In this document: piece after piece, positions 54,541 to 64,000 of the stretch
How positions within the stretch are numbered: the first letter of the stretch is position 1
Layout: each line of letters starts with the position of its first letter
Position numbers and translations under genes: made by a program
The notes under the pieces: model-generated
What the model was told of the DNA's origin: nothing
The model's input: the letters and a program-made list of their open reading frames with translations, nothing else
The model's database searches: none
NCBI GenBank assembly: GCA_964016885.1
Contig: OZ024741.1
Location: forward strand, 390,910,001 to 390,974,000
Source of the DNA: Eledone cirrhosa
Taxonomy: Eukaryota
Direction: 5' to 3'
Length of the DNA stretch: 64,000 nt

Positions 54541-55397
54541 CAATGAGTAAGTAGTACAGCACCTCATGTTCTGGCAGTGACTGATGCATACAGTGAGCTC
54601 ACCAAACCACGCATGCACATGAATGTATGCGCGTCTACTCTGCACATTTTGGTTTCCCTGTCATTACTTCCAACGGTAGAAATAAAGTCAGGTACTTTTT
54701 CAGCAGATATAGTATATATTTAAAATTTCATCAAACATCTAAGCATCTACTTTTCAATGGAACGGTAGAAGTGAATATATCCCATTACCTGAAATGTCAT
54801 CTTTTATAAGCAGCCTAACACAAGGACATGAAGTGCCAGCTGGAGATTTACTGCTTGTACTTCACACCTTTTTAAAATGCCAAAATCACTTGATTTAAAT
54901 CTACTATTTTAGTTGTTCTCAGGTGTGATCAGGAAATATTAAATGACCGAACGACTTACCTGCTTTATATGGCTGACATTAAGAGCTTTACAAAGAATTA
55001 ACCCACACGCATGCTATAAAATTAACACGTTGATGAGACGATATTGATTTATTAAAATAAGGTTGAATATCCTTTATTGGAATCTAACGACAGGTGTATT
55101 TTATAAATTTTATTCAAATAACGAATCAAATTATGCCATAAAGCAAACCATTTAATCCAAGAGAGCCATAACCGAACTAGTTAAATGTGTACTGAATTAA
55201 AAGGGTCGCTGTTTCGTATCACACAAATGACACTGCACTATCCAAAGCCAAGCCACTTAATTCTCTACAATCTTGTTTAGTTTGTTGCAGACGTAGCTGT
55301 GTATTATGACGTCCACTTCGCAACCAAGGTTTCAGATTCGTTGCAGATACGTGCTGTGGTTGGGAGAAATATAATAACAACAACAATATTAATAATA

Positions 55398-58300
55398 ATT
55401 TCTTTATTAGTCACAATGGCCTACATATAGGGGACAATACAAACGACAAGGACAGTGTAGTTTTTACATAATTACGTGTAAAATATATAAATAACAATAA
55501 CAATATTACAAAAAAAAATACAACAATGAAAATTCTTCAATAGGGATAACCACCTAGAGTCGACTCAGGTACCCCACCAACCCTGAATCACCCGAGGCTT
55601 CAAGGGCATCCGGGAAGGGCACCCTTCTTCTCTTCCAATTAACCAGCCTACAGGCGCATGATCATAGTAGGCTCACTCACACGGGCCATTCTCGCCACAT
55701 TCACCCACCTTTCAGCAAATGTACTGGGGGGCAGCACTTCTCTCTCCACCCTCACTATGAACTTGACCGATAGCCGGATCCGTTCTACGGGCGAAAACAG
55801 TCATTCGACATAATTCCACAAGTCAGTAATGTAGGGACACAGGACGAGTGCGTGCAGAACGGTTTCGTCGTCTGCGAGCATGTCGAGCAGGTCCGTCTGG
55901 CAGCATTTCCGTACCTGTAGAGTTTATCCTGAACCGGTAGTGCCCGGTAACACTGCCAAGCGAGGGATTTCTGGAAGTTATCCATCGTCCCCGACTCAAA
56001 CGTTCTCCGGAACAGACTGGTTAGTTCGACTTCGTCGACACCCAGGGCCTCTTCGAGTGCGTCGTCACAGTTTCCCACCACTAATCCTCTATAGAACACG
56101 AGAATAGAAGTTCCACTGACCGCATTGCCTGCCATGTAGAGGGTAGTGAGTGCCTGGCAACATTCTTCTTGGCCCAGGACTGCAACTCAGTCAAAGAGGC
56201 GAGCTGCGAATAGGCCCGTCTGACAAACGGGGACCACACCTGTTCACCGTTGAGGCTGAATATTTGGAGTTGCCGCAGCCACAATGCATGTTTGCACATC
56301 ATTAGCCACGGCACGCCAAGCCCTCCGCGTAGAGTGTGCTGGCAGCAGATGGACCGCCTCATCAACGGAACTTGTCCCTCAACAAAAGTTGAAGAGGAGC
56401 CGCTCTAATTTGGTGAGGCACGAATGGGGAAAAGGCACGAAGGTCAGGTGGTAGTAGATGACGGACGCGATGTATGAGTTCGCCACCTCCACTCGATCTT
56501 TCAGTGACAGCTTCCTCTCGACTCATTTCTCCGTGAGAGTAGCTACACTGATCGTCACCTCATCCCAATTCTTATCCACCTGGAGGTCCGAACCAAACCC
56601 TGAGCAACTTAACCTGTCCTTCTATCCAGCGCCCGACGACACTGTTGGATGGTATGGACTTGCTTGTGCAGCTGCTGGGCTGCAAGCCCACCGATTTTTC
56701 TTGGTTAAGTTTCGCTCCCGTCAGCATTTTATATTCCTCCAATAAGGTGCCGACATTCGATTTCTGAGGTGTCCGACACCATCACGGTGATGTCGTCCGC
56801 ATAAACCGATATAGCCTTTCCGCGTCCCGGTTCGAGCGGGATGCCCTGCAACAGGTCCAGCTTCCACAGTAAAGGTTTGAGTGTCAATACATACAGAAGG
56901 GAGGAGAGAGGGCACCCTTGACGGACCGATCGGGAGATCTGAAACGGTTCGGAAAGGTGGCTATTAATTTTGATTTTGCATTGCAGCCATCCAACCACTG
57001 AAGACAGGACCGAAGTCAGCTGCCGTGAGGACAGCCTCAAAGTATCGATGGTAGACCCCGATCGAAAGCTTTCGATTGATTTAAATTGATCAGATCCCAA
57101 CCAAAGCCAGGTTTACACCCTACCCTCTCTCTGATGCATCGCATGAGTTTGTCGTGTATAGACCTGGTCAGGATTGCGTAAGTTTGCGCTTCCCCTACCA
57201 CATTATCGCCGACAAGCGTCAACCTTTTCGCTAACACCTTAGCCAAAATCTTAAACTCTGTGTTGGGCAGAAATTATCTAACGTATCCCTTTTGTTCTCG
57301 CCTTTCTTTATCGGTGTCACTACGCACCATCTCTCAGACCTGGGAATACTCTCAATCTACTGCCAGTTGCAGAAGAGCGCTTCGAGGAGATCGGGGGACA
57401 AATCTGGCGTATTTACGTAAAGCTCGTAGGGCAGACCATCCAAACCTGGTGATTTGCACTTCGTGCAGCCGACAAGGACATCCAAAGACTCAGCTGAAGT
57501 TATCGGCATTTCTCAGCGTTCCGTATCATCTGGCGAGAGACGAGGGGGGCATCGAGGTAGGGACTGAAATCCGCTACCGTCTCCAACCCTGCTGCCCCCA
57601 AACAGCCGAGGAAAGTGCTGGTGAAAGGCCTCACACATCTGTCTGGAATCGTTCAGCATGCGTTCGTCTCGGTTCGTCAAAGTCCAAATTGTGGTTTTGT
57701 TACCACGCTGCGCCTCGCTCACGCGGGCCCATGAACGGATTTGGTTTCTTCCTTTCTTAGAGCACGCGCCTTTGCTCTGACAATACAACCTTCATGTTTC
57801 TCATTGAAGGAATAATCTAATGCCATTCTCTCTGCTAGCACGTCAGTTGCAATGCCACTACAAATAGCCTCGTCTAATTTAGCTACCAGCTCCTCCTCTC
57901 TAAAGCTACTATTTTTTACTAAAACCTATCGATATTACTCTAATCTCCCTTTTTAGAGCCCACCACCACCTGTTGTTGACGACTTCCCCTGTCAACTTTC
58001 GTTTAACTAAAATGATAACCTGGTCTCTGTAAGCCTTACGTGCTGGAAACGACATGTTCAGCTTCCAGTAACAAGGTCCTAACCTGCCTGTCCAATCTGA
58101 TCTGAATAGGAGATCGTTTGAAAATGTGGACAACATATACTCTCCTTATCTACTGACCTAACAAAGAACCTATCTATATACAATCTAGATCACCCTACGC
58201 GTTTGTCCAGGTCCTCACTGGCGCATTAGGGAACACTAATCGGTAACTGTCAGACAGTTGGAACTGTCTGATCAAATGCTTGAGGCTTTTTCACTCCCTG

Positions 58301-60817
58301 CTTCTATCAGTTACTCCCACACAATCCCACCATGTGTCTAAGATGCCGCTCTAGTCCCCCGTTAACAGTAATGGACGAGAACTTTCCAGAAAGGCTTCCA
58401 GGTGCCTAAAGAAATCCAGCCACCCAGCCCCGATCGGGGAATATACGGCCACCGGTCTAAAGGCACCACATTCACTATTTCTCCCGTCCAGGACCACCAA
58501 CTTACCGTCTGGGTCCAGGAAGATCGACCTTACCTCGAGATCCAGGACTTTCCTAAACAACACTGCCACCCCACCTCCCATTCCCGGCCGACTAAGAGAT
58601 GCAAAGATCGATAGTCGTCAAAAATGGGGGCTAGTGCGCACTTGTCGGAAATCCTGGTCTCACTGACATTAACTACATCCATATCTAATGAACTGAAGTG
58701 GTTCAGCACGTGACCTTGCTTCATGGACGACCCCCAGGCCACGAACATTCAAGCATTCCACTCTTAAGATGGCCATGTTGACAGGCTAAAAGGGAGAGGA
58801 AAGGTCTACTTACCCCCCACAGGCTTGTGTAGGTCGGGTGTTTCGACCTCCGTGGTTGATGGGGTTTCCTTTAAAAGTCTTGAGGTGGGTTTCACATTCG
58901 TGGTTCCCACGTCCAGAGGAAAGCTCCCTCTAATCCCTTCATAGGAACCGAATTACATTCACAACAGTAGTAAATCTTCTGGCACGCAAAATGTGCTCGT
59001 TCCACATGTCACCCACCTTTTCTATTTCTTGCCTTCGTGCAATTTAGCTTACTAGCACGGAGTTATGTGTCTTGTTTTGTTATTGTGTTTGTTGTGGTTG
59101 TTTGCATTTGGGAGATTGTGGTGGTGGTGGTAGTGGTGGTGTTAGTGTTGTTGTGGAAGTGTTTGTGTTTGTTGTGTGTGTGGTGTCTGCATTTTCTGTT
59201 GTGGGTGTGTATGATGCGTGGAGTTTTTTTTTTTGTGCTTTTGTTTTTTTGCTTTTAGCTTTGTTTCATCTTCGCAACTGGAAGACGGGGTTTCTGAGTC
59301 TGGAAGTGTCTCTGTGTCTCTGTGTCTCTGTCTGTGCTTGCGTTTGTGTCAATGTGTGTATTTTTGAGGGTGGGGGAATGGTAGAGCTTTTCATGTCTCC
59401 CTCCTGGGCGGTCAACTTTGGTGGTTGCGTTCCGTTGATGTTGGTGGTAGCCCCCTCCCCGGCAGCGGCATCAACGGAGGATTGTGGCCTCCTGCACTTT
59501 TCAGTTGTGGACAAAAGTCTTGCCGGTGTGTAGCTTCACCACAAACGAAACAGTGTGGCCCTTTAGCTTCCGTAATTACCTGAATTTCATACTCGTCCTG
59601 TAGTTTAAAGTGGTCCGGGATATTTTTGATGTATTCGCGTCTGATTTTGAGAAGAATCCCCAAACCAGTCCTGGACGACCTCTCCTTTTTGTAAATGCGA
59701 TGTCGAGGAGGGTGTCAGGGCCCTCTGTCGTCATGCCTCTCTGAAGCCACCATAGGTCTAGTGCCGATGGAATCCTAGGAACACGGACCCTTACTGTCCT
59801 CCTTCCCATGTAGGAGGGGTACATGATTATTTGTTCCATTTTGCAGGGGACCACAGAATGCTTGATAGCAAGGGCCTCAGCTTTGAAGAGTACCAAAATA
59901 TTCCCAAATTGTCTGGCCCTTGCTATATGCTCGGTGTCATTATTGATGCACTTTAGTGCAGCCTCTACTTGACCTTGAGAGGTTATCTTGGCTTTGCGAG
60001 ATTTCAGAGAAATGCATCTATATTTCAGCGCTCTCCTCTCCTTTGCTGCCATCACCTCTGCCGGGAAGTTTAAGTTGGCCCAGGTCATTTCTCTAGTCAT
60101 AATCGTTTCCACCTTGGCCAAACGTTCATTCTTTTCTGTTAGATCAAAGTTTTACAGAGTTTGACTCTTAGTCGCTGTGGCTGCGAAAGTACTCCTGAAT
60201 ACGTTGTTGTTGCTGCTATTGTTGTTGTTCTTTTTGTTGCTGCTGTTTTGCTGCTCTTTACTGTTGTTCTTGTTGTTGTTGCTATTGTCGTTGTTGCTAC
60301 TGTTGTTAGTGTTGTTATTTTTGTTCTCATTTGTGTTTTCACTGTTCTTGGTGTTTTTATTGTTGTTGTTGTCGTTTGTGCTGCTTAATACTGCTTAATG
60401 TGATGTTGGTGTTCATAATGGTTGTGGGAGGGCTGTGTTACTCCACTCGATATTTAAGACGCTGTCACGTGACAGCTGACTTAATGAGAGGAAGCGTATT
60501 CCATGTTTTATAAAAAAAAAATATATGGCTCAAATATTTGGGACCAAGACTCAAATTTTATGGCGAGTCCCTTCTTGAGGACAAAGACTGCAGTCCTTTG
60601 CCCCTTTTGAAGCAAAACTGTGTGGTGGACAAGGTTGAAAGGATTGAAGACGGACACTTTCCTCTTCGGCGAATCCCTGATTAAGTTTTTCAAGTTTCAG
60701 TTGAAGAGGGAAATCAGGGTGGAGAGGCCAGTGCTGTCAACAACTAAAGGATTTAAATACGTTAAGATTACAAACTTACACGAGCTTACGATATTACGTC
60801 TTTTCACTTCAAACACC
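55398..60817 (-). mobile_element. Older, divergent full-length Tx1-clade LINE (copy 3), decayed, with its own ORF1 and 3'UTR
   Basis: ORF2 pieces 55650-58776 (start MAILRVECLNVRGLG), ORF1 pieces with CFVCGEATHRQDFC, (AAT)n at both ends. Confidence 0.9.
60590..60740 (+). mobile_element. Short Tx1 ORF2 C-terminal fragment inserted antisense into the 5'UTR of copy 3
   Basis: WWTRLKGLKTDTFLFGESLIKFFKFQLKREIRVER, closest to the subfamily at 62150-62300. Confidence 0.8.
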
Positions 60818-60834
60818 AATAATAATAATAATAA

Positions 60835-60912
60835 TTGTTTCTACTTAAGGCACAGGGCCAGCAATTACCAGTGTATTACTGGTACTTTATTTTAATAATA
60901 ATAATAATAATA

Positions 60913-60956
<44 letters not shown>

Positions 60957-61027
60957 AATTGTTTCTACTTTGGCACAAGGCCAGCAATTATCCCAGTGTA
61001 TTACTGGTGCTTTATTTTATCGACCTA
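60835..61027 (-). mobile_element. Two SINE 3'-end fragments separated by a compound (AAT)n-(GAT)n microsatellite
   Basis: ttgtttctactt..ggcaca(a/g)ggccagcaatt..ccagtgtattactggt twice; repeat at 60893-60957. Confidence 0.8.
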
Positions 61028-61059
61028 TCATAGAGGAACACATAGTAGCAACGCTAAAA

Positions 61060-61807
61060 AAGAGGGAGGATACCTTAACAAAGCTACAGAAGGAATGCCA
61101 ATGGCTGCGCAAGAGCAAGTGCTCAGAACGAAGTGAGTGAAACACCATATTGACAAGGAGGAGGCTAGCTCACTGTGTAGGATCTGTGGTGAGAGAGAGA
61201 GGAGACTGTGGCTCACATTGTATCCGAGTGTAAACACCTAGCCCAGACTCACTATAAAGGCTGGAGACATGATATGATAGGCAGGGTGATCCAGTGGCAT
61301 CTATGCAAAGTAAACAATTTACCACATTCTGAGGAGTGGTATGAGCATAAACCAGAGTCGGTGATAGAAAACGATCAGGTGAAGGTGCTATGGGATTTTA
61401 GGATACAGACGGACAAGAAATTAGAATACAATAGGCCTGACCTGGTGGTTTTTAACAAGGAAAAAATCGTGCCTGATTGTAGATGTAGCCTGCCCATTTG
61501 ACACGAGAGTGCAAGAAAAGGAGAGGGAGAAAATTAACCGATACCAGGAGTTAAAAAGGATTCGGGACTGTCATGAGATCAAGGTCGTCCCGATTGTCAT
61601 AGGAGCACTAGGTACTATCTCAAGGAGTTTTCAAGGATGGTTAAAGATTAGTCCAGCCCCGCTTTTTGGAACACTTCAAAAGGCATACTTGCTGGGAACA
61701 GCAAGAACCCTCTGATACGTCCTGAATATCTGAGGCTGAAGGTAGCAGCTTGATGTTCATTTGAACAAACTTTCCAGTTAAATAACATCAACGACTGAGA
61801 CTCAAAG
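61060..61807 (+). mobile_element. DongB 3' fragment, decayed
   Basis: ORFs 61208-61501 and 61509-61715; ends gactgagactcaaag(aat)n. Confidence 0.9.
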
Positions 61808-61840
61808 AATAATAAAAATAATAATAATAATAATAATAAT

Positions 61841-64000
61841 GTTTTCTTTATTAACCACGAGGGCTAACATGAAGAAAAATATTCCAGAAGGCAAAGTGGG
61901 TTTTGGCCGTGTAAAAAGGTTAAAACTTTATATAAGATAGAAATGTGTAAAAACAAATGAAAAAAAATTCAAACTACAATAATTCCCCCAAAATGGGGGA
62001 AACCTCCGAGGGTTACTCGTGGTGAAAACCACACAAAAGACCACGGTCACCCTGACCACTAGGGCAAGCGCCCTCTCTTAGTTCTCCAACTCTTCCGTCT
62101 ACAGGCCCATACTCAGAACGGGCCCGTTTACTCGGACCAGATTCGCCACTTTCACCCACTATTCAACAAACTTCTAGAAGACAGCACTTGCCTCTCCACC
62201 CTGATTTCCCTCTTCAACTGAAACTTGAAAAACTTAATCAGGGATTCGCCGAAGAGGAAATTGTCCGTCTTCAATCCTTTCAACCTTGTACACCAATCTC
62301 TTTCGCCATGGCCTCCAGGCAGATGAAAACTTCCTGCCATTCCCTTAAAGGAGGACGGCGGGGCTATCTGCACAATGGACTCAGTCGATAACCGGATCCG
62401 TCATACACGTGACACCAACTGTTCGACATAGCTTAAAAAGTCAGCAATGCTCGGGCACTGAAGGAGTGCGTGCACGACGGTTTCGTCGCCCTGCGCGCAT
62501 ATCGGACAGGTTCGGCTGTAGAGCTTATCTCAAACCAGCAACGCTCTCCGGTAGCACTGCTAGGCCAGGGATTTCTGGAAATTGTCCATAGGCCACGGGC
62601 TGAAAATTCTCTTGAAGAGAGCGAACAGCTGATCGTCTTTGATGCCCAGGGTTCCCCGAGAACGACGTTGCTCTTCCCCTCCACTAGTCCTCTATAGAAC
62701 GCCGAGGTGGATGTTCCACCGATACTAGTGCCCAGCTGGTGGAAGGGTGTGGGCGCTTGGAGACATTCCAGCTTCCAAGCGCTATCCCTCAGTCTTTTCC
62801 TGATCCAGGACTGCAGCTCCATTAATGAGACGAGCTGGAAGAAAACACGTTTGCAAACGGTGACCACACTTGTTCACCGTCAAGGAAGCACCAGAGATGT
62901 CGCAGCCTCAGTGTGTGTTTGTGCATCATCAGCCACGGCATGCCCAGTCCTCCACGCAACGAGTACCGGCGGAAAATGGATCGTCTGACCATAGGAGCAC
63001 GTCCCTTCCATAAAAATGCGGAAGAGGAGGCGCTCCATTTTTGTCAGAGTTGAGCCAGAGCAAGGCACAACGGTTAGGCGGTAGCAGGTGACGGATGCGA
63101 TGAACGCATTCGCAACTTCTGGCCGACCTTTCAGGGACAGCTTCCTCTCGGCCCATTTCTGGGTGAGAGAGGCCACCCTGTTCATCACCCCGCTCCAGTG
63201 TTTCTCCATCTGGAGGTCCGGACCGAACCAGACCCCGAACAATTTAACCGGCCATTCCGTCCAGCGCCCCACGACGCTGTCGGGTGGCATGGACTTGCTT
63301 CTCCAGGTGCCGAGCTGCAAGCCCACCGACTTTTCCTGGTTTAACTTTGCTCCTGTCACTGCTTCATATTCCTTGAGAACGGTGCCGAGCATCTGGACAT
63401 GTTTGGTGCTTGACACCACCACGGTGACGTCGTCGGTGTAAGCCGATACGGATCTCCCACATCCCAGTTTGCGTGGGATGTCTCTCATCGCCTACAATTT
63501 GTGCAGTAACGGCTCTAGGGCCAATACGTACAAGAGTGACGAGAGGGGACAACCCTGACGGACCGAGCGCATGATGCTGAACGGCTGTGACAGATGACCG
63601 TTCACCTTCACAACTGAGCAGATGTCACTGCATCGTAGCGATCCAACCCCTGAAAATGGGCCCGAAACCATCCGCCTAAAGGACTGCCGCCACGTACTGA
63701 TGGTTGACCCTATCAGATGCCTTAGATTGATCAAAGTTGATCAGGGTCCCACCCGTGCCAAGTTCCTTAACCACCCTCTCTATGATGTATCGCATGAGGT
63801 GGAGGTTGTCGTGGATGGATCTGTCTGGAATGGCGCTGGTCTGAGCCTCTCCTACCAGATTACCGACGACAAGCGCCAATCTCTTTGCTAACATCTTGGC
63901 CAAAATCTTGAAATCTGTGTTTAACTGAGTTATGGGCCTGAAGTTGTCTATAGCGTCCCCTTTGTTCGGGTCTTTTCTCAACAGCGTCACCACTCCCCGG
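61841..64000 (-). mobile_element. Tx1 copy of another subfamily (3'UTR + decayed ORF2), running off the window
   Basis: SVRQGCPLSSLLY, AYTDDVT, WAERKLSLKG; 3'UTR after (AAT)n 61809-61840. Confidence 0.92.

Overview
This is eukaryotic, AT-rich, gene-free repeat DNA; its short interspersed repeats resemble octopod/cephalopod tRNA-derived SINEs (inference). It is almost entirely a nested graveyard of mobile elements. The main residents are two families of RLE-type R4/Dong-clade non-LTR retrotransposons ('DongA', 'DongB'; one DongB copy has an intact 1130-aa ORF) and several subfamilies of two-ORF APE-type L1/Tx1-clade LINEs (one fully intact copy at 39535-45561). Also present are a decayed Penelope-like (Neptune-type GIY-YIG) element with a degenerate hammerhead core, an inverted RTE element, a DD41D mariner-like element, a Chapaev3-like DNA transposon, SINEs and many microsatellites. 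Most element ends abut (TAA)n tracts, with Tx1 and Dong in opposite polarity, and the polarity of the whole cluster flips across 26-31 kb. Four observations stand out. (1) A GTAAGT splice donor overlaps the ORF1 stop codon in three divergent Tx1 copies and defines a 51-53 nt candidate intron whose removal would fuse ORF1 and ORF2 in frame in all three. (2) Adjacent Tx1 copies have near-identical ORF2 but swapped 5'UTR/ORF1 modules. (3) A Tx1-type 5'UTR sits directly upstream of the intact Dong ORF (possible promoter capture or chimera). (4) Several unrelated elements share the TAA microsatellite as a landing site. Element boundaries were read by eye and are approximate. No host protein-coding gene, rRNA, tRNA or CRISPR array is supported.
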